27,331 bases of DNA, from the IMG/VR virus record IMGVR_UViG_3300032219_001311, positions 1-27,331 of that record; one strand, 5' to 3'. The notes under the pieces are model-generated. The model was not told the origin of the DNA and ran no database searches. It was given only the letters and a program-made list of their open reading frames with translations. Shown piece after piece: positions 7,696-15,037 of this stretch (position 1 is its first letter; each line of letters begins with the position of its first letter). The stretch comes from a virus (taxonomy: Duplodnaviria; Caudoviricetes). A program made the translations under genes and the position numbers.

Positions 7696-7911
7696 GGCGG
7701 AGGTAAGCAAAATCTACTTCCGCCAAATGGCGGAGGTAAGCATAAATCTACTTCCGCTTACTTCCGCTTTCCCAGGATTCTCTAGGCGGAGGTAGGCGGA
7801 GGTAAGTGGCGGAGGTAAATTGGCGGAGGTAAACCAAAGCAACGTGCATTTACTTCCGCCTTTCCAGCTTTCTCTAGGCGGAGGTAGGCGGAAGTAACTT
7901 TGGCGGAAGTA
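7696..7911. repeat. Iteron cluster, 13 copies of GCGGARGTA; putative replication origin
   Basis: Forward GGCGGARGTA at 7696, 7729, 7785, 7795, 7808, 7822, 7877, 7887, 7902; inverted TACTTCCGCY at 7715, 7749, 7759, 7851. Intergenic, about 1 kb downstream of the primase-helicase. Confidence 0.85.
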
Positions 7912-8107
7912 CCCTGATACTAAACGTATACAGAGGGTGGGCGTAATCGCCATCCACCCTTACGGCTTAAGGGTTTCAGGGTTGTTGTTCATATGCGGAA
8001 GCTTGGACCAGCGCGGAAGGTCGCCTCTGGCTCCCATCCGCTCTCCCGTTGGTCGTGGTCAATGCATCCGCTTACGATATGGGAAACATGTTTGAAGGGA
8101 GATTAGC

Positions 8108-8497
8108 ATGGCAAGACGTATGCCAGTGGTTGGTGAGATCGGAATGCGATATGGCAAGAGGAACTATTTGCGGACGCAGAAGCACTTGCTGATGGCCAAG
8201 CGTGGGAAATGGCATTTGGTTATATGTCCGGATAAATGCATGGCCGGTTGGATTAATGTTAAATTGCATCTGGATCAAACGGCCAGCAAGAATGTTTTTG
8301 AGGTCGGGATATTTAATGGGAAGGCATCGCCAAAGGCTGACGTTAAGTTGCTGAATGAAAATCACCCATCGATCATGGCATGGGTGCTGAGCAAGGTTGC
8401 CGCATATGCTGATGGCAAGGTTACGCTGAAGGGTGAGGTCGGTACGCCTGTGGTCTACACAAAGGATCGACGCTGGAAGATTTTATCTAAGGGATGA
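8108..8497 (+). CDS. hypothetical basic protein
   Basis: 129-aa ORF with GGGAG RBS. Confidence 0.7.
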   Translation: MARRMPVVGEIGMRYGKRNYLRTQKHLLMAKRGKWHLVICPDKCMAGWINVKLHLDQTASKNVFEVGIFNGKASPKADVKLLNENHPSIMAWVLSKVAAYADGKVTLKGEVGTPVVYTKDRRWKILSKG

Positions 8498-8501
8498 TAC
8501 T

Positions 8502-9137
8502 ATGGCCAAGGCCGGTACGCAAAAATATAAAGAGCAAAATGACTGGCGCACGATCCTGCCTAAAGAGCGCAGGCGTGATGCATCCCCGTGGCAGGGGACC
8601 TATGCCATGTACATCACCGGACAGGCATGGGTGGATGAGGTAACGCTGTGCGTCGAGCGTATGGAAAAGAAATGGGGCGCAGGCCGGTTGCGGTTGTTGG
8701 TTGGCCCAGAATTGAGGGATAAGTTCGACCGCCAGAGGTACATGACCAATCAGGCGATCTATCATGGTGGTCTGGAGGACCTCAGGGAGCAGTGTAGGCG
8801 CATGATCAATGGCTGGGGTGCTTTGGATAGGGCGGCGGATCAAATGGGCTTAAAACGCTTCCCTGTGGACGCATGGGATGTGGTTGGGGCGTCAGGCACA
8901 GTGCATGTGATCGTCAGGACGTTGGATGATGCGGTTGACTATCGGATGGGGCGTCAGAACGTCTGCGTGTATACGTTGGATGAGATCGCAGTGTTGCTTG
9001 ATGCACAAGGGCTGCTGGGAGCCGCTAAGACTGCGTTTCCGGATGCGGAAATAGTCAAGGTGCGTAGAAGTGTCGGGGACGCCCTCAGTGATATTGATAC
9101 CAGTAAGGACGCCCTAGACGATGAAATACCGTTTTAA
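8502..9137 (+). CDS. hypothetical protein ending in SSB-type tail DDEIPF
   Basis: ATG 8502 after AAGGGA, within track ORF 8433-9137; C-terminus ALDDEIPF. Confidence 0.75.
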   Translation: MAKAGTQKYKEQNDWRTILPKERRRDASPWQGTYAMYITGQAWVDEVTLCVERMEKKWGAGRLRLLVGPELRDKFDRQRYMTNQAIYHGGLEDLREQCRRMINGWGALDRAADQMGLKRFPVDAWDVVGASGTVHVIVRTLDDAVDYRMGRQNVCVYTLDEIAVLLDAQGLLGAAKTAFPDAEIVKVRRSVGDALSDIDTSKDALDDEIPF

Positions 9138-9370
9138 GCACGGTCACCTGATGCATAGGGTGGTGGCAACGGGATTTTTTTCTTTAGCCACCTTGGGGTA
9201 ATCCGGCCTTCCTCAAGGGCCGTTAGTAAAAGGGAAACAGACTGGGGGATTGGTGTGTCGCCATTAGCCCACTTGCGGCCATGGCGATGTGTCACGCCGG
9301 TTATCCATGACACATCCACCTGACGGAGCCCCATGCGTTCAAGCGTGGCGCGATATTCGTCTTTGGTCAC
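9134..9370 (-). CDS. Cro/CI-type HTH regulator
   Basis: MTKDEYRATLERMGLRQVDVSWITGVTHRHGRKWANGDTPIP is an XRE-like HTH. Confidence 0.75.
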   Translation of the reverse strand: MTKDEYRATLERMGLRQVDVSWITGVTHRHGRKWANGDTPIPQSVSLLLTALEEGRITPRWLKKKIPLPPPYASGDRA

Positions 9371-9376
9371 CTATTC

Positions 9377-9457
9377 TCACCAGTCGTGGGGACTTGGCAT
9401 TGTTGCCAGTGCAAGGAGCCCAGAGGCGATCATTAGAACGACGAAAAACTGGTGCAT
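9377..9457 (-). CDS. 26-aa hydrophobic peptide (not in ORF track)
   Basis: AGGAGGA RBS; MHQFFVVLMIASGLLALATMPSPHDW; fills the gap between two co-oriented genes. Confidence 0.5.
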   Translation of the reverse strand: MHQFFVVLMIASGLLALATMPSPHDW

Positions 9458-9461
9458 GGGA

Positions 9462-9695
9462 TTATTCCTCCTTGTTCCTGTCGTAGATTGGGGCGCTTGC
9501 CTCTTCCTCCGTTGGCAAGCACACAATGACATTAGCACTGCCATCGCGCACAGTGATGTACCGGTCCTGATGTATGTCGTGCTTTGTCGTGAGGCGGGTT
9601 GCCTTGCTCATGATGTTCAGGAACGCTTGCGTGTCCGACAGGTCGATCAGGTAGTCGATATATTCGATGCTAACTTTTGCAAATTGCTTGGTCAT
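9462..9695 (-). CDS. hypothetical early protein
   Basis: 77-aa ORF with AAGGA RBS. Confidence 0.65.
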   Translation of the reverse strand: MTKQFAKVSIEYIDYLIDLSDTQAFLNIMSKATRLTTKHDIHQDRYITVRDGSANVIVCLPTEEEASAPIYDRNKEE

Positions 9696-9716
9696 GATAT
9701 TTCCTTCGATTTAAAT

Positions 9717-10067
9717 TTAATCGTTATTGTAAAAGCACAGGTCAAAACTGTAATGCGGCTCTCCAAGGATGTTGCACTGGCATAACGCCTCGCTGGCAAC
9801 GATAGCCCATTCAAAAGGGCCAGCCTCATATGAAACACGCCAGCCGCCACGATCCTTTCGGGCAAAGCATTCGATGTCAGGGCTGTGCCCCGCATCGCTT
9901 GCGCATTCGCGCAGTACTTTAAGCACAGCGTGAGCGCGTCCCTTGGCTGTCTTTCGTGTGACTGCTGCCTTGGCTACTCTTTCAGCCAGATCTGATGCGC
10001 CGTAGCCGTAGTAATGACCTTCCGCTTTACGCGCATATTCAAGGTTCAATGTGATTTGCTGTGTCAT
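9717..10067 (-). CDS. hypothetical early protein
   Basis: 116-aa ORF with GAGGA RBS and ATGA coupling. Confidence 0.7.
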   Translation of the reverse strand: MTQQITLNLEYARKAEGHYYGYGASDLAERVAKAAVTRKTAKGRAHAVLKVLRECASDAGHSPDIECFARKDRGGWRVSYEAGPFEWAIVASEALCQCNILGEPHYSFDLCFYNND

Positions 10068-10246
10068 GATATTGGTCCTCTCTCTGCTACTAAAGCTTCT
10101 GCATACATAAGGTTCATATAACGCGCCTCACTGTATGCATTTGTTCTGGTGGTAGGGCAGCTTGCTAGATCACCCGTATAAGTGTCGATTAAAATCCAAT
10201 AACCTTTGCGAGGCTCTGCTTTGTACCGTTTGATTTGCTGTGCCAT
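10064..10246 (-). CDS. hypothetical early protein
   Basis: 60-aa ORF with GAAGG RBS, in operon register. Confidence 0.6.
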   Translation of the reverse strand: MAQQIKRYKAEPRKGYWILIDTYTGDLASCPTTRTNAYSEARYMNLMYAEALVAERGPIS

Positions 10247-10248
10247 GA

Positions 10249-10569
10249 TTAAGCCTTCCGCGCTGCAAGCTTGAGGGATGTGTAACCAGATGTCTTTTTC
10301 TGGTTTGCCTGTGCGAATGATGCGAAAGCCTTTTCGCCAAGCATTTCGCGCAGCTTCTTTTCGACTGCCTTGGGATCGGTCGAATAACGGTCATCGACCA
10401 CGCAGACGGTTGCCGTGAACAGGTCGCCATCGTGACCGCCTGCGCCAAGGTCTTTGATCTCTGCTGCAAGCTTGTCAGCGACAGAACTAAGGTCGGCAAT
10501 CTGCGCCTTGATCTCGCCAAGCTGGTCGATGTTGCACAGGTTGTGTGCGCGTGAGAAAAGTGTAGCCAT
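10249..10569 (-). CDS. hypothetical early protein, N-terminal coiled coil
   Basis: GGAG RBS; IDQLGEIKAQIADL heptads. Confidence 0.75.
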   Translation of the reverse strand: MATLFSRAHNLCNIDQLGEIKAQIADLSSVADKLAAEIKDLGAGGHDGDLFTATVCVVDDRYSTDPKAVEKKLREMLGEKAFASFAQANQKKTSGYTSLKLAARKA

Positions 10570-10634
10570 ATAAAATCTCCAATAATAAAATAAGATAAGG
10601 TTTACTGCGGTTGTTAAATCGTTGCCGCTTAATT

Positions 10635-10663
10635 GTCGTAGGGCATATTGCCCTATTGGTAAA
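10635..10663 (-). promoter_or_regulatory. leftward promoter with operator
   Basis: TTTACC, 17 bp, TACGAC on the minus strand. Palindrome TAGGGCA-TAT-TGCCCTA with core at 10641-10653. Confidence 0.6.
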
Positions 10664-10766
10664 GCGTTGTTTGATATTTAGGGCGAATAATGTCGATCAA
10701 TGGGCGTCGATTAAGTGGTAAATGCGATTAGCGATTATGCCCCTCTTTCTCCCCCGCTTGCTCTGG

Positions 10767-10967
10767 CTACGGTGCGCATCCTATGGCTTTGGCGATTGCC
10801 TCGCGGACAACCTCAAACGTGCCTATGGGATACGTCGCACCGCTTTCATTCATTGCCCAATCGTCTAACTCTACCAGCGCAGCCAGCAGGTTGGGCGCTG
10901 CGTCACGCAGCTTAGTGATGCGGCGCTTGCGATCTTGCGCGGCGGCTTGGTAATCAAATGCGGTCAC
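10767..10967 (-). CDS. small phage protein with AAP.LL.AL motif
   Basis: LRDAAPNLLAAL...REAIAKA; GTGA coupling and GGAG RBS. Confidence 0.7.
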   Translation of the reverse strand: MTAFDYQAAAQDRKRRITKLRDAAPNLLAALVELDDWAMNESGATYPIGTFEVVREAIAKAIGCAP

Positions 10968-11215
10968 CACATGTCTCCGCCGTTGTCGGCATAGTTGCTG
11001 ACATCGCTAAGCCAGTCGGCATACTCTTCGCGCAGTGATGGGTCGAAAAGCTTGTAGCTGATGCTGTTGCAGTACTTGTACTTGTTGGCGTACTCGCGGA
11101 AGAACAGCGCGAACAGGCTGTCCTTGTCATCTGCCTTGATGATTATGGACTGGTCCGGCAGGGGCCGGAAGCTAAACTGGTCATAGCTTTTCTTGACGAT
11201 GGTTGCGTGTGCCAT
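10964..11215 (-). CDS. hypothetical early protein
   Basis: AAAGGA RBS then ATG 11215 (MAHATIVKK). Confidence 0.65.
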   Translation of the reverse strand: MAHATIVKKSYDQFSFRPLPDQSIIIKADDKDSLFALFFREYANKYKYCNSISYKLFDPSLREEYADWLSDVSNYADNGGDMW

Positions 11216-11247
11216 GTGACTGGTTCCTTTGCTTGGTTGCTGCATTA

Positions 11248-11276
11248 TCACTAGGGCATCTCGCCCGCATGGTCAA
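11248..11276 (-). promoter_or_regulatory. leftward promoter with operator
   Basis: TTGACC, 17 bp, TAGTGA on the minus strand; GGGCA-TCT-CGCCC at 11254-11266. Confidence 0.65.
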
Positions 11277-11331
11277 ACACAACTAGCACCATTATGAATC
11301 TAATTTACAACCATTGCGGTGCATTCTCTTA

Positions 11332-11360
11332 TTTACATACTGGGCAGCTTGCCCTAATGA
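11332..11360 (+). promoter_or_regulatory. rightward promoter with operator
   Basis: TTTACA, 17 bp, TAATGA; GGGCA-GCT-TGCCC at 11342-11354. Confidence 0.65.
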
Positions 11361-11386
11361 TTAGGGGTCAACAAGGAGCAACTGAC

Positions 11387-11587
11387 ATGAACGTGGAACT
11401 TGAAGCTAAATGCACAATCACCCATGAATGGGACACGGTAGCTAAATTCTTTAGCGCCGTCGAAGCTGGCTATGCGGCCCGCGCACTGAGCAAGCTAAGC
11501 AACAGCACATACCGCACCAGCGATTACCGCTGGCCGGAAGAGGGCGTCAACGTCACCGTCTACACCAGCGGGGAGATCGCAGCATGA
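11387..11587 (+). CDS. hypothetical early protein
   Basis: AAGGAG RBS then ATG 11387 (MNVELEAK). Confidence 0.65.
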   Translation: MNVELEAKCTITHEWDTVAKFFSAVEAGYAARALSKLSNSTYRTSDYRWPEEGVNVTVYTSGEIAA

Positions 11588-11883
11588 GCGCCGCCAAAGA
11601 TTATATCGCCATCATCTTAATCGGCGGGGGCTCAAGCTGGGCCCGTGACCCAGACCCTGAGCGCGCCATCGCTAGGGTTGCCAAGATCTTTAAGAGCGAC
11701 TGGAAGAGCCTGTTTAAACTTGATGGCGTCGAGGTGCGCGTAAACCTTTGGGATGTCACCGGCAATGAAAGCGTTCATTGGGATGACTGCGGCATGCATG
11801 GGGACTGCGAGGCAGACCACCCGATCACACGGGTTGAGACACGCAGCGTCACGCTGTCAGGCAAGCGGAGGATGGCGGCATGA
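11584..11883 (+). CDS. hypothetical early protein
   Basis: 99-aa ORF with GGAG RBS and ATGA coupling. Confidence 0.7.
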   Translation: MSAAKDYIAIILIGGGSSWARDPDPERAIARVAKIFKSDWKSLFKLDGVEVRVNLWDVTGNESVHWDDCGMHGDCEADHPITRVETRSVTLSGKRRMAA

Positions 11884-11933
11884 GCGCATACAGGAACGCT
11901 GGCGCGTCGAGTAGCGCGCCCGCACTTGCATGC

Positions 11934-11948
11934 GTTCATGCTTTGTTC
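11934..11948. promoter_or_regulatory. alphaproteobacterial LexA (SOS) box
   Basis: GTTC-ATGCTTT-GTTC fits GTTC-N7-GTTC. Confidence 0.65.
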
Positions 11949-11990
11949 CACTTGTGCGTTCCATCCGCACCCGCGCTAAAGAACATATGC

Positions 11991-12005
11991 GTTCTCGCTT
12001 TGTTC
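11991..12005. promoter_or_regulatory. alphaproteobacterial LexA (SOS) box
   Basis: GTTC-TCGCTTT-GTTC fits GTTC-N7-GTTC. Confidence 0.7.
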
Positions 12006-12059
12006 CACAAATGGAACACCTATCCAAAGGCAGTTCGCTATTTGTGAGGTTGGAAATGT

Positions 12060-12350
12060 GTGCGAAAAAAAGGTGGGGGGTACCCCTCTTTTTTGTAGAT
12101 TTTTGGTACCATGGGGGGTTACTTGCAACGCAATCGGCACACCCCCCAAAACAAACTTGCGCACATTCGCACGTCCCTGTATATATACGGAACACGTTTG
12201 GTTGCTCCTTGCGTTTGTTGACGGCAGCCGGTTAATTGTTTTGCCTCCCCTCAGCAATTAACTGGCTGTTTTCCTTGCACAAAAGCATACCTGCCCCAGT
12301 AAGGGGGTGCCCCTTCGCAAAATAAAAGGGGTGGGGGTATTTTACAAAAT
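12060..12350. other. non-coding G-run/C-run/A-tract region, candidate packaging initiation or genome-end region
   Basis: GGGGGGTACCCC, GGTACCATGGGGGG, CCCCCC, AAGGGGGTGCCCCTT, GGGGGTGGGGG alternating with A/T tracts just upstream of terS. Confidence 0.45.
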
Positions 12351-12417
12351 AGCGATACTTGCTCAAATGCCCGATCCGTATTAGATAGGTGGCATATTCA
12401 ATTCAGTGAGCATATCG

Positions 12418-13020
12418 ATGGCGTCTAAATCCAAAAGCCTTATTATTCAGGACGGTGAACCCACTGACGTTGACGGCATTGATCGGCGCTATACGGTGTC
12501 GCCTATCCGCGCATTGCTCCCAGATGGCGGCGCACGGCGCAAGAGCCCACGGGAACATATCCCAACGGACAAAACGCGCCGGGGTGTGTTGCATGCAGTT
12601 GGCCTTGGCATGAATCAGGAGAACATTGCCAAGGTGATGGGGATTAGCGTCACGGCCCTGACCAATCATTACCGGGATGAACTGGACACTGGCCTGAGCC
12701 TTTTAATGGATGACGTAAAGACCAACCTGTACAATATTGCCCGCGATGAGAACCACAAGGGCACGGTACAGGCCGGGATATATTTGTTGAGCCGGTTAGG
12801 TGGAGATACATTTAAGGACGTTAAGCGCCTTGAGATGACTGGGGCTGATGGCAAGGTGCTAGAGATTAGCCAGAAGACGCAGACTGTTGATCCGCGCTTG
12901 TTGGATGCTGACCAGCGTGAGGCGTTGCGGGATATATTAAATTCGGCTTTGAGGTTGGCAGCGCCTAATGCACAGGCCAATATTATTGACGGTGAGTATA
13001 GGGAAGTTGACGATGCCTGA
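12418..13020 (+). CDS. terS: terminase small subunit
   Basis: HTH GMNQENIAKVMGISVTALTNHYRDELDTG, LEMTGADGK motif, position upstream of terL. Start could be 12406. Confidence 0.75.
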   Translation: MASKSKSLIIQDGEPTDVDGIDRRYTVSPIRALLPDGGARRKSPREHIPTDKTRRGVLHAVGLGMNQENIAKVMGISVTALTNHYRDELDTGLSLLMDDVKTNLYNIARDENHKGTVQAGIYLLSRLGGDTFKDVKRLEMTGADGKVLEISQKTQTVDPRLLDADQREALRDILNSALRLAAPNAQANIIDGEYREVDDA

Positions 13021-13198
13021 TCCGGTAGAGTGGGTTGCAATGACGTTTGACCCAAAGATGAAGGTGGACCCGCATTTCCTTATCCGCGTGATGAAAGGGC
13101 AGGTTAGTACATTGACGGCTGATCAGTGGGAAGATGCCAAGGAATGCTGCGCGGATATGCTTGAGCAGTTTGTGGCTATGCGCGAAGAGCGGGACTAA
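13013..13198 (+). CDS. small hypothetical protein between terS and terL
   Basis: ATG 13013 (MPDPVEW); TAATG coupling to terL. Confidence 0.6.
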   Translation: MPDPVEWVAMTFDPKMKVDPHFLIRVMKGQVSTLTADQWEDAKECCADMLEQFVAMREERD

Positions 13199-14814
13199 TG
13201 ACTTTTGACATTTCGCAGATAAACATCCAGCGCCAGTTAATGGAACTGGACCGGGCTGACTGCGAAGAAAGCCTGTATTACTTCCTGACCAATGCGTGGA
13301 AGTACATTGACGCCAGCACATGGAAAGACGGATGGCCAATTGAAGCTGTGGCCGAGCATTTGCAGGCTGTGGTTGATGGAGACATTAAGCGGCTGATCAT
13401 TAACATCCCGCCGCGTATGGGTAAGAGTACCATTACGTCGGTGGCGTTCCCTGCGTGGACATGGGCGCAGCCTGAGACTTCCGCTACGTCAGGGCCCGGT
13501 GTGCAGTTCCTTATGGCGTCCTATGCCAACCAGTTGGTGCTGCGTGATAGCGTTAAGTGTAGGCGGTTGATTGAATCGCCATGGTATCAAAGCATGTGGG
13601 GTGAGCGCTTTAAGCTGAACTCCGACCAGAACACAAAGTCCCGCTTTTCCAATGACCATGGCGGTGAGCGCCTGATTACGTCCGTTGGTGCGGCGGTGAC
13701 GGGTGAAGGTGGATCGATCATTGTGGTCGATGACCCTAACTCTGCGTCTGAGGCATTTTCGGATGCCAACATTGAAAGCACAATTGATTGGTGGGATGGG
13801 ACGATGTCCACCCGTCTTAATGATTCCAAGACTGGCGCATATGTCATTATTCAGCAGAGACTGGCCGAAAATGATCTGACTGGGCACGTCATTGAAAAAG
13901 ATGTAGGCGAATGGACGCACCTTTGTTTGCCCATGAAGTACGAGCCTGACCGTTCGTTTGTTACTAATATTGGCTGGGAAGATCCGCGCACTGAAGAGGG
14001 CGAATTGCTTTGGCCTGACCGCTTTGGGGTGAAGGAGGTGCTGGGGCTGGAGCGTTCACTGGGGCCATTCATGTCCGCAGGGCAGTTGCAGCAGCGCCCA
14101 GAGCCCGCAGGTGGCGGTGTCATCAAGCGCGAGTGGTGGAAGCTGTGGGAAGAGCAAAGCTATCCGCCCATGGATTATATCATTGCGTCACTGGATACGG
14201 CCTACACCACCAAAACCACCAACGATTATTCCGCAATTTCCATCTGGGGCGTGTTCACGACTGATTCCACAGCCGTTGCTAACCGCATTTTGGACAAAGA
14301 TGGCCGACCAATGTACTTTGACCGGGGCTATGCAGAGACTGCACCGCGTTTGATGCTGATGCATTCATGGCAGGAGCGCCTTGAATTCCATGATCTGGTG
14401 GAGAAAGTGGCCAAGACCTGTAAGTCATTGAAAGTAGACAAGCTTTTGGTGGAGAATAAGGCTGCGGGTATATCCGTATCGCAGGAATTGCGCCGCCTTT
14501 ATGGATCTGAGGGCTTTGCCGTGCAGCTTTGCGACCCTAAAAGTCAGGATAAGCTATCGCGGTTATATTCTGTTCAGCATTTATTTGCTGACGGCATGGT
14601 GTATGCGCCTGATAAGATATGGGCAGAGCAGTTAATTACACAAGTTGGCCAGTTCCCTAAGGGAAAGCATGACGATTTGGTTGACACTGTGTCTATGAGC
14701 ATACGGCATTTGCGTGATATTGGGCTTTTGACCCGGTCACAGGAGCGTATTGAAGAGATTGAAAACATGAAGGTGTATCCGGGCAAGCAGAGTGAGCCTT
14801 TGTACCCAGCGTAA
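13198..14814 (+). CDS. terL: terminase large subunit
   Basis: Walker A PPRMGKST, Walker B IIVVDDP, nuclease motifs SLDTA, ENKAAG, HDDLVD. Confidence 0.95.
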   Translation: MTFDISQINIQRQLMELDRADCEESLYYFLTNAWKYIDASTWKDGWPIEAVAEHLQAVVDGDIKRLIINIPPRMGKSTITSVAFPAWTWAQPETSATSGPGVQFLMASYANQLVLRDSVKCRRLIESPWYQSMWGERFKLNSDQNTKSRFSNDHGGERLITSVGAAVTGEGGSIIVVDDPNSASEAFSDANIESTIDWWDGTMSTRLNDSKTGAYVIIQQRLAENDLTGHVIEKDVGEWTHLCLPMKYEPDRSFVTNIGWEDPRTEEGELLWPDRFGVKEVLGLERSLGPFMSAGQLQQRPEPAGGGVIKREWWKLWEEQSYPPMDYIIASLDTAYTTKTTNDYSAISIWGVFTTDSTAVANRILDKDGRPMYFDRGYAETAPRLMLMHSWQERLEFHDLVEKVAKTCKSLKVDKLLVENKAAGISVSQELRRLYGSEGFAVQLCDPKSQDKLSRLYSVQHLFADGMVYAPDKIWAEQLITQVGQFPKGKHDDLVDTVSMSIRHLRDIGLLTRSQERIEEIENMKVYPGKQSEPLYPA

Positions 14815-14824
14815 TGGAGAATTT

Positions 14825-15037
14825 ATGAGGTATACTGGTCGCGTTAACGCATCTTGCACGGTCGAAGACCTTGGACAGAGGCAATTTGAGGTAGAAGTGT
14901 GGGGCGAAGTACCATTTGACCACAAGCGGACCTATACATTGAACGCTAAAGATGATAATTCGGCAGCAGAAGAAGGCTTGCGTCTTTTTTGCGATGAGAT
15001 GGAATGCTTTAGAAGCGCAGAAGCAAAGGAAGATTGA
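14825..15037 (+). CDS. small acidic hypothetical protein
   Basis: GGAG RBS then ATG 14825 (MRYTGR). Confidence 0.6.
   Translation: MRYTGRVNASCTVEDLGQRQFEVEVWGEVPFDHKRTYTLNAKDDNSAAEEGLRLFCDEMECFRSAEAKED

Noticed and set aside
7696-7911. CRISPR array
   Set aside because: Repeats are 10 bp, in both orientations, with 0-20 bp irregular gaps; no cas operon.
7090-7953. Track ORFs 7090-7530, 7313-7636, 7394-7795, 7714-7953
   Set aside because: Better explained by a chain of coupled short + strand ORFs and the iteron array.
8400-8440. YADGKV as another GG-type motif
   Set aside because: Lacks the second Gly and lies in a non-structural gene.
10155-10167. GGGCAGCTTGCTA operator-like site
   Set aside because: Inside a CDS, right arm broken, no flanking -35; cannot be told from chance.
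11857-12261. Track ORFs 11857-12195, 11930-12235, 11976-12257, 12058-12261 and an ATGA-coupled ORF at 11880
   Set aside because: They run through repeats and homopolymers with unprotein-like composition; treated as non-coding, though a short peptide from 11880 is not excluded.
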